64,000 nt of DNA from Candidatus Vogelbacteria bacterium. GTDB taxonomy: Bacteria; Patescibacteriota; Minisyncoccia; Phycocordibacterales; XYD1-FULL-46-19. The stretch is from the NCBI GenBank assembly GCA_021414225.1, contig JAIOOX010000002.1, positions 161,118 to 225,117 of the forward strand. Reading direction: 5' to 3'. Position numbers and translations under genes: made by a program. Below the pieces are notes generated by a model. The model ran no database searches and was not told the origin of the DNA. It worked only from the letters and a program-made list of their open reading frames with translations. This document shows, one piece after another, positions 49,191 through 58,253 of this stretch (position 1 is the stretch's first letter; each line of letters starts with the position of its first letter).

Positions 49191-49748
49191 ATGAAAGAAG
49201 AACAGCTAGAAATTATAAATGAAAATGATGAGGTAATCGGACTTGAATCACGGAAGGTTATCCATCAAAAAGGGTTGCTTCATAGAGAGATTCACATCTG
49301 GTTTATTACCCCTGATCGAAAGATCATTTTCCAGCATCGTGCAAAAGACAAAGATACTTATCCAGACAAACTAGATGCGACAGTTGGAGGACACGTTGAT
49401 CCTGGTATGACATATGATGATACTGCAATAAAAGAAGGTAGGGAAGAAACTGGAGTCACTCTTGATTTAGCGAAATTGAAGTTGGTGAGAAAGATACACA
49501 AGAAAACTTTTGATGAGGATACAGGGCTCACAAATAATACAATCCGGTCCCAATATGCATATCTCTTTGAGGGAGGTATCAGTGATTTACAGATTGAGAC
49601 AGGTAAGGCAATTGGGTTTGAGGCATGGCCAATTGATTCTCTATCAAAATTAACTGAAGAAGATAGGTCTAAATTTATTCCCGCAATCCTCTCCAAAGAA
49701 TTTCTCGATCTTTTTGAGGAAAGTCAGAGGGTATTAAATTTAAAATAA
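49191..49748 (+). CDS. Nudix hydrolase
   Basis: GLLHREIHIWF..., GGHVDPGMTYDDTAIKEGREETGV (Nudix box REx2EExG). Starts 6 nt after the GHKL gene. Confidence 0.75.
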   Translation: MKEEQLEIINENDEVIGLESRKVIHQKGLLHREIHIWFITPDRKIIFQHRAKDKDTYPDKLDATVGGHVDPGMTYDDTAIKEGREETGVTLDLAKLKLVRKIHKKTFDEDTGLTNNTIRSQYAYLFEGGISDLQIETGKAIGFEAWPIDSLSKLTEEDRSKFIPAILSKEFLDLFEESQRVLNLK

Positions 49749-49751
49749 TTT

Positions 49752-50180
49752 ATGAAAATTTACGTATTAGGAAGTAATAGTTTTGTTGAAGAAATGGTCA
49801 TGTGCAAAGATGAGCTTTGCAGAATTGGTCACGATGGTTGGATTCATCCTGATTACGAAGCACACGTCCGAGGCGAAAAGAGAGCATTTCCTGATACTAC
49901 GGTCCCAGGAGAGAGCGCCGACTTCAAACGGGCAAACAACTACATCAAGACCCATTATAAGCATATTTTGGAAAGTGACGCTGTTCTTATCGTAAACCTT
50001 GAAAAGAAAGGAGTTAAAAACTATATAGGTGGCAATTGTTTGATTGAGATGGGTCAGGCATACGTGACTGATAAGAAAATTTTTTTGCTCATGGATATTC
50101 CGCTCACCTTGCCATATCTTGATGAGATTAAGGCAATGGACCCTGTTTGTCTACAAGGAGATTTAACAAAAATAAAATAA
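49752..50180 (+). CDS. nucleoside 2-deoxyribosyltransferase / DNPH1-like protein (copy 1)
   Basis: KIYVLGSNSF and NYIGGNCLIEMGQAY, compared with the NDT catalytic-Glu motif GLGMELGYA / DNPH1 GVGYELGRA. Confidence 0.6.
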   Translation: MKIYVLGSNSFVEEMVMCKDELCRIGHDGWIHPDYEAHVRGEKRAFPDTTVPGESADFKRANNYIKTHYKHILESDAVLIVNLEKKGVKNYIGGNCLIEMGQAYVTDKKIFLLMDIPLTLPYLDEIKAMDPVCLQGDLTKIK

Positions 50181-50206
50181 CCAATATGATAATTACAATT
50201 TGCGGA

Positions 50207-50593
50207 TCAATGAAATTTAATAATGAGATGATTACACTTCAGAAGGAGTTGGAATCGGCTGGTCATACCGTTTATATGCCAATTGCAATTGAAAATCTTG
50301 ATTATTGGCAGGAAGACGGAGCAAAACGAGTTGAAGCGAAGAAAGGACAAAATCTTGTAGCGACCCACATGGATAAAATCGAAAAATCAGAAGCTATTCT
50401 GGTTGCAAACTATACAAAAGGAGATTCAAAAAATTACATTGGGGCAAATACATTTCTCGAGATGGGTTTTGCTCATTACAGAGGTAAAAAGATTTTTGCA
50501 TTAAATACACTGCCTGATCAGAAATATATCAGTGACGAACTTCTCTCCTTTGATCCAATCATCTTAAACGGGGATATAAGTAATATTTCTTAA
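50207..50593 (+). CDS. nucleoside 2-deoxyribosyltransferase / DNPH1-like protein (copy 2; start at MIITICGS)
   Basis: ITICGSMKF and NYIGANTFLEMGFAH. Paralog of the preceding gene. Confidence 0.6.
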   Translation, partial: SMKFNNEMITLQKELESAGHTVYMPIAIENLDYWQEDGAKRVEAKKGQNLVATHMDKIEKSEAILVANYTKGDSKNYIGANTFLEMGFAHYRGKKIFALNTLPDQKYISDELLSFDPIILNGDISNIS

Positions 50594-50598
50594 TATTT

Positions 50599-51033
50599 AT
50601 GTGGCTTATTTATTCATTAGCAGCTTCGCTTTTTTGGGGATTAACCTATGTTCTAAATGAACGGGTCTACAAACATATCTCTTTTCTCACCTCACTAGTG
50701 ATCACTTCCTTCTTTGCTTTTGTAACTCTGGGATTAGTCTCCTATTTTACTCGAAATCTACAGAAAGACCTTCATACAATTGTTTCTTCCGAGGCTGTAT
50801 TATGGCTTGTGGGTGGTGGGGTAGTCACACTTATTGTTGCAGAAGTTTTCATCGGTCTTTCTATCAGTTCTAAAAACGCAACCTTATCGGGACTTATCGA
50901 AATTTCGTACCCAATTTTCATTGCATTATTTTCCTATCTCCTTTTTAAGGAAAATCAACTAACTTTACCTACAGGTATAGGGGCATCTCTTATTTTTATT
51001 GGTATAGCAGTAATCTACTTTTTTAATAAATAA
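50599..51033 (+). CDS. 4-TM EamA/DMT-like small membrane protein
   Basis: Four hydrophobic helices, SLFWGLTYV start. Confidence 0.5.
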   Translation: MWLIYSLAASLFWGLTYVLNERVYKHISFLTSLVITSFFAFVTLGLVSYFTRNLQKDLHTIVSSEAVLWLVGGGVVTLIVAEVFIGLSISSKNATLSGLIEISYPIFIALFSYLLFKENQLTLPTGIGASLIFIGIAVIYFFNK

Positions 51034-51366
51034 ATGAGTAATTATTTTTTTCTAGCATTTATCATTACGATCATAATCACACGTCTATTTCTTTTTCTTA
51101 ATCCTATCCCTGCACCAACAATAGGGAAGTTCAGAACGCATCATTACATGTTCGGAATTTTGGGAATTATAGTCGGTCTTCTCACACATTGGCTCGTGGT
51201 ATATGCAATAGGATGGGGCCTTTTCATAGATGAACTGACATATCTTCTCATGAGAGGAAAAAATCATCAGGATAATTATTCTAAAGTCTCACTGTTTGGA
51301 ACCCTGATCTTTGTAATTCTTGTTTTTCTTTTAAAAGATTATCTCTTACTTTTATATAGCTTTTAG
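51034..51366 (+). CDS. 3-TM small membrane protein
   Basis: Hydrophobic helices. Start abuts the previous stop. Confidence 0.45.
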   Translation: MSNYFFLAFIITIIITRLFLFLNPIPAPTIGKFRTHHYMFGILGIIVGLLTHWLVVYAIGWGLFIDELTYLLMRGKNHQDNYSKVSLFGTLIFVILVFLLKDYLLLLYSF

Positions 51367-51419
51367 GTAAAAGTATGGTAATTTAAGATTAAAGTTAACT
51401 TAAACAAAAGGAGGATACC

Positions 51420-52064
51420 ATGCAATGGATTAGTGCAATGCGTCCCCCTTGCGGGACGTTAACAGCTCTTTTAGTGATCTCGGGGTTTCTCTACGGCCAC
51501 CAGCCAATTGACTGGAGTGTTGTTGTTGCGGTGTTTTTCATAACCTCAATGGCAATGCTGATCAACGATTACCATGACAGAGAAATTGATGTTGCTAAGG
51601 GGAAACTTTTAGCAAGCAGTCAACCAGTATGGTTTCTGCGCTATGCTGTGGCGTTTGCAGTAATCAGTCTCGGACTCTGTCTTGTTGTTTGGTCACGTAA
51701 TTCACATTTCGGAATGCTGTGCGTGGGCATGTGGATCACATCTATAGCCTACAACAAAGCTCAGCGGAATCCTGTGGCAAAGAATATAATTGTCAGCATA
51801 AACGTCGGGGCAACAATTTTATTTCCTTTGCTCGCAGGCAGTAAGGTTTTCGAATTGTGGATCATGGCAGTCCTTATCGTTCTCATAATAACCGTAAGGG
51901 AGTATATGAAGGACGTGGAGGACATGGAGGTCGATCGTGGCAAGAAACGAACGCTCGCATTGGTCATGAATAGTAGGATCAGGAGGGATTCAGCAATACG
52001 CTGGAAACATCTCATGACTCTGCTCCTAGTGGCGTTAATGGTCGGGTGTGCAATCAATTACTAA
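51420..52064 (+). CDS. UbiA-prenyltransferase-like membrane protein (short)
   Basis: NDYHDREID matches NDxxDxxxD. Multiple TM helices. Strong AAAGGAGG SD. GC-richer than its neighbours. Confidence 0.4.
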   Translation: MQWISAMRPPCGTLTALLVISGFLYGHQPIDWSVVVAVFFITSMAMLINDYHDREIDVAKGKLLASSQPVWFLRYAVAFAVISLGLCLVVWSRNSHFGMLCVGMWITSIAYNKAQRNPVAKNIIVSINVGATILFPLLAGSKVFELWIMAVLIVLIITVREYMKDVEDMEVDRGKKRTLALVMNSRIRRDSAIRWKHLMTLLLVALMVGCAINY

Positions 52065-52065
52065 G

Positions 52066-52115
52066 GACTGGAGAGGAAGCGCTGGTGCGTTTCTGCCAGT
52101 CCTTTCTCTTTCTAC
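52066..52115 (+). terminator. hairpin plus T-rich tract after the UbiA-like gene
   Basis: GGACTGG...CCAGTCC stem (26-nt loop) followed by TTTCTCTTTC. Confidence 0.35.
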
Positions 52116-52202
52116 TTGCTAATACGATAAAATCGTGTTATGTTTTGTCGCAGCACAGTAGTCAGTTAATTTTAACCAACAACACGAAAGGAGGGTGTCC
52201 AT

Positions 52203-53360
52203 ATGGCCCAAAAGCCTGTCATTGCATACATTGAAAGTAGTCATAGCGGAATGAGTGATGATAATCACTACCGTGATGCCCTCAGCTTTTTTCTGAGACA
52301 GCATCTTGGGTGTGAAGTCATCATTTACGATTACGATCGTGATTTTGAGGAAGACCTAGCGCGAGTTCAAAAACTCTCGAAAGGTAGTCAGCTGATCGCG
52401 GTCATCGTGAAGCAGCAAGAATATGATGATCAGCACACGAGAGTGATTCAAAAGGTTCGTTTGGATGTTTCCAAAACTTTACCTGTCGTGGTAATTCCCG
52501 ATTGGCGAGGTGAGGAGAGGTTCAACGGACTTCCAGACGATCTGCTCGTTTACACGCACGACCACAGCAGTCCCGAACTAGTGGAGCTGATCAACAACCT
52601 GATCAGCGTCTGGAAGCCTGGCCTTAATTGGCTCGGCGCACAGACGACAGAGGATCAGGTGATCCTTATGGCTCAACTGGAAAACGCTTATCGAAAGCAC
52701 TACCTTGATGATGAAGACGATGGAATGCTCGGTACTCCCGATCGTAACCATCAAATCGTTGCCGAGGCGCTACGACTCAAACTGCTTCCCTCGATTTGCC
52801 TAAAGGCCGAGTTTGACGACACGATTGAGAGAAAGACTCGAGTGTTTGTCACCGCAGAGCCTTCGGTGTATCAAAAGGAAGTAGAGAAGATCAAGGCGAT
52901 GAGTGATGATGAGCGGAAGGAATTCGATCACTCTTTGGATCGAGCAAGAGGCCACATGCCAGCTGAAGGTGGGGGCGTTTATGTGACTCGCGCATCATGT
53001 GGCGAGAATGTAAACGGCATCGCCATTGATCCAGTGACTCTGGAAACCTATGTGACGCATCGCTTCGGCGAGCATCACATGGCGAAGGATATGCTGGCTC
53101 GTCGCATTGAAGTAATCGAGGAGCTCAAGAAGGGAAGGAACGGGTCCGAGAACCACGACGAAGATGCCGAGTATCGGGTCAAGTGGCGCATAATGGCTGG
53201 ACTGATCTTTTCGGAGATCGACGGCTTCACCACTCCTATCGTGCGTTTGTATAAAGAGCATGGCGTCAACGAGGAGGACTCGAAAAAGGTTGTGGCCTTC
53301 TTATTGCGAGAACAGCGATTCATTCCGGTCGATTTTGACGGAAAGGTGATGGAATGCTAG
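52203..53360 (+). CDS. hypothetical protein (385 aa)
   Basis: Strong GAAAGGAGGG SD. GC-richer codon usage. No family recognised. Confidence 0.45.
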   Translation: MAQKPVIAYIESSHSGMSDDNHYRDALSFFLRQHLGCEVIIYDYDRDFEEDLARVQKLSKGSQLIAVIVKQQEYDDQHTRVIQKVRLDVSKTLPVVVIPDWRGEERFNGLPDDLLVYTHDHSSPELVELINNLISVWKPGLNWLGAQTTEDQVILMAQLENAYRKHYLDDEDDGMLGTPDRNHQIVAEALRLKLLPSICLKAEFDDTIERKTRVFVTAEPSVYQKEVEKIKAMSDDERKEFDHSLDRARGHMPAEGGGVYVTRASCGENVNGIAIDPVTLETYVTHRFGEHHMAKDMLARRIEVIEELKKGRNGSENHDEDAEYRVKWRIMAGLIFSEIDGFTTPIVRLYKEHGVNEEDSKKVVAFLLREQRFIPVDFDGKVMEC

Positions 53361-53396
53361 TACAGGGACCAACGTTCAAACCGTTGGTCCCTATTT

Positions 53397-53612
53397 TTAT
53401 ATTTTTTCTACTTCGTACTCAACCCTTGCAGTTATTTGATAGACTCGTGTAGCGCTGATTTTAAACTTACGGCCGGTTTCTTCTTGGGTATGAAAGTTCC
53501 CATCAGTTAAACCATTCCTAAATTCAAAAATTTCAAAATAGCGAGGCAAAAACTTTAACTCTTTTTTGTGCGAAGTATATTTTTTGATCAAACTAGGATT
53601 TGGTTTGTTCAT
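53397..53612 (-). CDS. small sigma-70 region-4-like HTH protein
   Basis: LPRYFEIFEFRNGLTDGNFHTQEETGRKFKISATRVYQITARVEYEV. Directly downstream of the serine recombinase. Confidence 0.45.
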   Translation of the reverse strand: MNKPNPSLIKKYTSHKKELKFLPRYFEIFEFRNGLTDGNFHTQEETGRKFKISATRVYQITARVEYEVEKI

Positions 53613-53613
53613 C

Positions 53614-54960
53614 TTACTTATGAATTAAAGATAATATATTTTCGTGAACTTTGTTATTGTCTATTTGATATTTTACAAAGCCCTCATCTGCCTCGGAGAA
53701 AACCATAAAATTACTGCCATTGAATTCATCACTCGGTATTAGAAAAATACGGTCGATGGGTTCTGCTTTGTTTAAAGCGATACTTACTGCAAATACGTCT
53801 TTATAATTTCTCATTTCCTCTTTAACTACGAAGCATCGGTAGGGTACATTTTCCTGCTGGAAGCTTACGCTGTAGGTAATTGGAATCTTCTTTATTTCTT
53901 TTTCAATATCATCCTCTGACAAGCCCTTCTCAGTAAATAACTCTTTAATTTCTTGTTCAACTAGTCTTTTTGCTTTGTTTATTGAGCAGATTCCTTTCTT
54001 CCATCGTGATGGCATCAGCCAATAGAGACGTTCCTGTGCTTCCCAGAACATCTTAGGATCTACTACAGCAGGGAAGGCGTTGGGAGTAATGACCCATTCA
54101 CTTCTTGGATTTTCAACCTGCTTCTGTTTAAGCCTACTCCATGTCTTATTATAAACTCGAGAGCCAGTATAAACTTCATTTCCTAGAATTCGTAAAACTT
54201 TGTCTCTCGACCATTGCTTACCATTTGCAGAGAGGATACCTCTTTCATTTAAAATTTCTGCGATGTCTTGAGGTGTTTTCCATTCTCTTAAAAATAGTTG
54301 AAAGATATCTTTTACTGTTTGAGTCGTCTCGTCATTGAGCGGAGTAAAGGTGACACGTTGGTTAGAAATAAGTTTGTGTTGGCCTTTTTTCAATATTCCA
54401 ATAGGCTTTTTCATTTCATCCAAAAGTAATCGCGCCATGCCGTAGCTTGCCGTACCACCTGCTGAATATCCATCCTTTGAGACTCTAATACAGCCATACC
54501 AAACTTTTTCACTAAGTTGGCGAGAGTACTGAGCTGCCATCCAACGCTCCATCGGAGTAATGATACTTTCCGTCATCTCCTGACCCTCTCTAGGAAAACC
54601 TCTGGAGATATAGATTACTTTCTTATCGTTCTGTTCACATTGATGCTCATAGTGAGCTGCTTCGTTCTGGTTTTGGAATCTACCCCAGCGAGATACGTCA
54701 TATACTAAAATGAAGTCGAAATGTGGAGCGTCAGGATTCAATACCCAATTATTTAAAAGACTTTGGAAACCTGGACGATTGGCAGTAAGTCCACTAACTC
54801 CTTCGTCTGATTCTTCGTGAATTATTTGGATGTTAAATTTTGCGGCAAAGAGTTGGGCATGTTCACGTTGAATAGGAACCGAATTCTCTTGTTTGTCTTC
54901 AGCAGAGTGTCGATAGTAGGCAACAGCTTTTTTTGTTGAATTGGGATTAAGGAATTTCAT
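53614..54960 (-). CDS. large serine recombinase
   Basis: N-terminal resolvase domain AVAYYRHSAEDKQENSVPIQ... DVSRWGR, plus recombinase domain and C-terminal extension. 448 aa. Confidence 0.8.
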   Translation of the reverse strand: MKFLNPNSTKKAVAYYRHSAEDKQENSVPIQREHAQLFAAKFNIQIIHEESDEGVSGLTANRPGFQSLLNNWVLNPDAPHFDFILVYDVSRWGRFQNQNEAAHYEHQCEQNDKKVIYISRGFPREGQEMTESIITPMERWMAAQYSRQLSEKVWYGCIRVSKDGYSAGGTASYGMARLLLDEMKKPIGILKKGQHKLISNQRVTFTPLNDETTQTVKDIFQLFLREWKTPQDIAEILNERGILSANGKQWSRDKVLRILGNEVYTGSRVYNKTWSRLKQKQVENPRSEWVITPNAFPAVVDPKMFWEAQERLYWLMPSRWKKGICSINKAKRLVEQEIKELFTEKGLSEDDIEKEIKKIPITYSVSFQQENVPYRCFVVKEEMRNYKDVFAVSIALNKAEPIDRIFLIPSDEFNGSNFMVFSEADEGFVKYQIDNNKVHENILSLIHK

Positions 54961-54962
54961 AC

Positions 54963-55874
54963 TTATAAAAGCTTCTTGAGCTCACGTAATTGGGTTTCTT
55001 CTTTTGAACTGAATGGCGTACCATTCTTTCTTTTTGCGCTGATTTCTTGAATAAGCTGCTCGATATGAAGAGAAAAGCCTGACTGAATTGTTTTTATATC
55101 TAAAGCAGCAACCGTTGTGTCAGGATCAGAAAGAAACTCGATGATCTCTTTTTCATTTGCAGCTGCTCTTGCAAAAATTTTGGCGATCTTTCGAAAATCT
55201 TTTGAACTTCGTATAACTTTATGCCTTACCTTCTCAAAGATAATTTTAATAATATCGTGTACCTCATACTGCTTAACCCTGCGAAGCTTTGGACGTAATC
55301 TTACGAACTCTAAGCGGTATGCCTCAGTAAGCTCATACTTTTCCATTACTTGAAGATATTCCAATTTCTGCTCTCTCAGCTGTAGGGAATTTGATACCAC
55401 AGTTGCTGACATACTTATTAGTTCAGCAAGCTGTTTTATGGTTTTTAAATTCAGACTTGTCTTAATACTATGCAATGCGTTTGATTTTTCCTGAGGCTTC
55501 CATGCTCGTCGATTGTTTTGCTTCTCATATCGTCTTAAATGGAGTTCTCCTTCATCAAGATTTGGATAAATTTGGCACATTACACTTTTGAATCCGAGAT
55601 CCTTTAAACAATCATATCTGCGATGACCGTCAATAATTAAATATCGACCATCCTCAATCTCCATAACCATTAACGGCTCTTCCAGCCCAAATTGCTTAAT
55701 AGAGTTCATAAGCTTCTCCTTATCTCGAGGAGTTGCATACTCTAATTTTCTAGGCTGATTACTATCAGGCTCTATGTGCTCCAAAGGGAGCTCTTTGAAT
55801 AAGGTTTTGTGTGTATCCATATATAAAAGGGGAAGTATTTCCATGGCGTCCCAAAATGTCCGAGAACCGCCCAA
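54963..55874 (-). CDS. ParB-like nuclease-domain protein
   Basis: LIIDGHRRYDCLKDLG matches the ParB/Srx GxxRxxA-type box context. Confidence 0.65.
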   Translation of the reverse strand: MGGSRTFWDAMEILPLLYMDTHKTLFKELPLEHIEPDSNQPRKLEYATPRDKEKLMNSIKQFGLEEPLMVMEIEDGRYLIIDGHRRYDCLKDLGFKSVMCQIYPNLDEGELHLRRYEKQNNRRAWKPQEKSNALHSIKTSLNLKTIKQLAELISMSATVVSNSLQLREQKLEYLQVMEKYELTEAYRLEFVRLRPKLRRVKQYEVHDIIKIIFEKVRHKVIRSSKDFRKIAKIFARAAANEKEIIEFLSDPDTTVAALDIKTIQSGFSLHIEQLIQEISAKRKNGTPFSSKEETQLRELKKLL

Positions 55875-55973
55875 AATGTCCCGATTTCGATCACCCTACC
55901 ATAGGTATGTATTCCTGTAAAGAATTTACAGAAAATATATGGCTACAGATATTATGTTTTCGAAAATGTTCTG

Positions 55974-56411
55974 CTAGATAAAATCTATTTTTGAAACTTC
56001 GTTTTTAAGATTTTCTATGTCCGCCAGAACCCTGTTGTAGATGCCGAGAGCCTTTTCATACTCCTGTTTATTTATAGAGTCAGGATTACTCAAGGTTTCT
56101 TTGACTGAATTTATGATTTCAAGTTCCTCTGGTGTGACAAAAGTGGCTAAGGAGACGTAAGAATTAGCAAGAACCATGATCTGGTCTTTGATCTTTCTTT
56201 TTACTTCATCTTTCGAATCTGCTAGCGTAGTTGAGTCGTTCAACGAAACTGCAAAAGGTGTGTGTCCGAAAAGGAGAGCTTTGTTCGTATTAAATTTTGG
56301 GGGTTCGTAAATTGGATTCTTCATGGAATGACTATGATACACAAAAAGCCCACCACATGAGTAGAGGCCGAAGCCCCTCATACCAGTTTCCCAGTATGGC
56401 CTGACGGACAC
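55974..56411 (-). CDS. hypothetical protein
   Basis: ORF only. Its start codon lies inside a 12-bp inverted repeat. Confidence 0.35.
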   Translation of the reverse strand: MSVRPYWETGMRGFGLYSCGGLFVYHSHSMKNPIYEPPKFNTNKALLFGHTPFAVSLNDSTTLADSKDEVKRKIKDQIMVLANSYVSLATFVTPEELEIINSVKETLSNPDSINKQEYEKALGIYNRVLADIENLKNEVSKIDFI

Positions 56412-56934
56412 CCCATATGATGGGTTCTTTGTGTCCGTCAGGACTTTTTCGCCATGCCAGTGATATCACTAGTTTAGGCTACTTTATATTCAGTTGTGAG
56501 TGCATTATAACAGAAACTTTTACTCATTTGAAGGCCTTCGATTTTTATGTCATAAAACAAAAAACTAGGCCACATATACTAAAAATGTCTGGTATGCAAG
56601 AAATAAATGGTGCATAAATCTGTGTATTAATTGTGGATGAAAAGGCATGTAAAATTCATTGACGATCAAAACCAGCGGCGCTAGTATTTGCATTAAGAAG
56701 CCACCCAAAAAGCTTCGAATTAATTAATAGTCTAATGAGCCTTGGTGTTCCTACGGGAACCTGCCCCTCGAAAGGGCATATATTAACCCAAGTGTTGACG
56801 ATTTTCAGATTTTATAACCACATCATCCAAGGCCTAGCATTGCCTTCGAGGTTGTTATAGTATCTGTTTCAAGCTTTCTCCTTTGAGCAATCGGAGGTTG
56901 CCCAGCTAGTAATAGGTGGGTGGAAAAAGCGTCG

Positions 56935-56967
56935 CACAAGCCCAGGGTTAATATACTGGGCTTTGTG
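56935..56967 (+). promoter_or_regulatory. palindromic element immediately upstream of int
   Basis: CACAAGCCCAG-GGTTAATATA-CTGGGCTTTGTG, 18 nt before the ATG at 56985. The 11-mer TATATTAACCC recurs inverted at 56779-56789. Confidence 0.4.
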
Positions 56968-56984
56968 TTATCTAAACAAATTGT

Positions 56985-58067
56985 ATGTTTACACGATTTG
57001 AGGATAAGTACGAGGATTACCTCTTACACCTCGAGAAGGAAGGGAGAAAGGCGAAAACTATAGCGGAACACAGGAAGTTTCTCTACGAGTATTTCCCAGA
57101 GAGCTTGCGAAGGAAGTGGTTGTCGAATGTAAGCCGTGCGGACATAGACATTCTGAAGGAAGTCGGCCGAACGCATGGCGAACATGGAGCCACAAGGATG
57201 GTTGTCACATTACGAAGATACTTTGACTTTATGCAGTCCCATCTCGGTATGAAAATGCCGTTTGATTGGAGAGATATAAGGGTCCCCGTAGTAAGACAGA
57301 AAGAACAGCCGGTATTCGAAGATCATGAATTAGCGACATTGTTCCATGTCATGGAAACTATGGAAGCGGGAAGTGTCCACGGCCGAAGAATGGCATGGAC
57401 GATGCAGGCATTCTTCGAGACACTATTCGGCACCGGTCTGCGTATTCACGAAGCCTTGAGATTAAATAGAATTGATCTCAACAGCATTAAAGAAAGCGGA
57501 AGATTGATGGTTCTTAGAAAAGGAGGGAAGACTTGCGAAGTTTCGTTCTCAGAGCGAGCGATCAAAAAGCTTGAAGAATATTATGGAAGACGTAATGACA
57601 CAAATGATGCCATGTTCGTAAATTCTTGTGGTGAACGTCTCATAATGGCGACAGCAAGAAGCTACTTTGAAAGACTCAAGAGAAAGTTGCGAGATACTGG
57701 TTATCCAGACATTGCAGCAAAACTCAAAAGTCACACGTTCAGAAGAACACTCGCAACATATCTTATAGAGAATGGCGCCGATATAAAGTCGGTCCAAACT
57801 ATAATGGATCACGAATCGGAGAGAACAACAGTGAAGCATTACATCAGGGTAAACAAGAAACGAGCCCAATTAATTCATCACTATATTTTGTCTCGATTCT
57901 CCGTTGATGAACTTGCCAGCCGATGCCGAGAAACCGGAGGCAGAGTACAAGTACGAATGACAGAGAATCAGGGACGCTGGATGACTCTCCGTAATGATGA
58001 AATCTCACCCGATTTATTAGCCCACGTGAAGGAGCAGGAGGCTTCTCTAAGACCCGCACACGTCTAG
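56985..58067 (+). CDS. int: tyrosine recombinase / phage integrase
   Basis: C-terminal HTFRRTLATYLIENGADIKSVQTIMDHESERTTVKHY gives the R...HxxR...Y catalytic signature. Confidence 0.85.
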   Translation: MFTRFEDKYEDYLLHLEKEGRKAKTIAEHRKFLYEYFPESLRRKWLSNVSRADIDILKEVGRTHGEHGATRMVVTLRRYFDFMQSHLGMKMPFDWRDIRVPVVRQKEQPVFEDHELATLFHVMETMEAGSVHGRRMAWTMQAFFETLFGTGLRIHEALRLNRIDLNSIKESGRLMVLRKGGKTCEVSFSERAIKKLEEYYGRRNDTNDAMFVNSCGERLIMATARSYFERLKRKLRDTGYPDIAAKLKSHTFRRTLATYLIENGADIKSVQTIMDHESERTTVKHYIRVNKKRAQLIHHYILSRFSVDELASRCRETGGRVQVRMTENQGRWMTLRNDEISPDLLAHVKEQEASLRPAHV

Positions 58068-58224
58068 CGCATAATTGACGTACTGGCCACTGATCAAGTA
58101 TACTTTTATTGTTACAAAGTTTTTTCACAAGTAAGTATACGGATTCACAAAATAGAACTCGGGTGAGTCCGTATTCATTTCAATAATCTAAATTCCGATC
58201 GTACGGAAAAGAGCGCGCCAGACA

Positions 58225-58245
58225 CCTCAATGGAGTAAGCGTTAG
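58225..58245 (+). repeat. attR core region: CCTCAATGGAGTAAGCGTTAG (PQWSKR plus stop; displaced original rpsI tail)
   Basis: Third PQWSKR-stop copy. The 11-bp core is identical to attL. Confidence 0.75.
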
Positions 58246-58253
58246 ACATCAAA

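Larger units (their letters stand above)
21815..58245 (+). mobile_element. integrated prophage with a defence/cargo island, inserted in the 3' end of rpsI; integrase at the right end
   Basis: Direct repeats that reconstitute rpsI at both ends. Terminase, portal, capsid, fiber and lysis genes. Tyrosine integrase at 56985-58067 next to attR. Host chaperone genes resume after 58.3 kb. Confidence 0.8.

Noticed and set aside
49191-49748. Calling the cargo Nudix protein an isopentenyl-diphosphate isomerase (Idi), prompted by the N-terminal GLLHR... resemblance
   Set aside because: The protein retains the catalytic REx2EE Nudix-box glutamates that Idi lacks. With no search possible it is left as a generic Nudix hydrolase.
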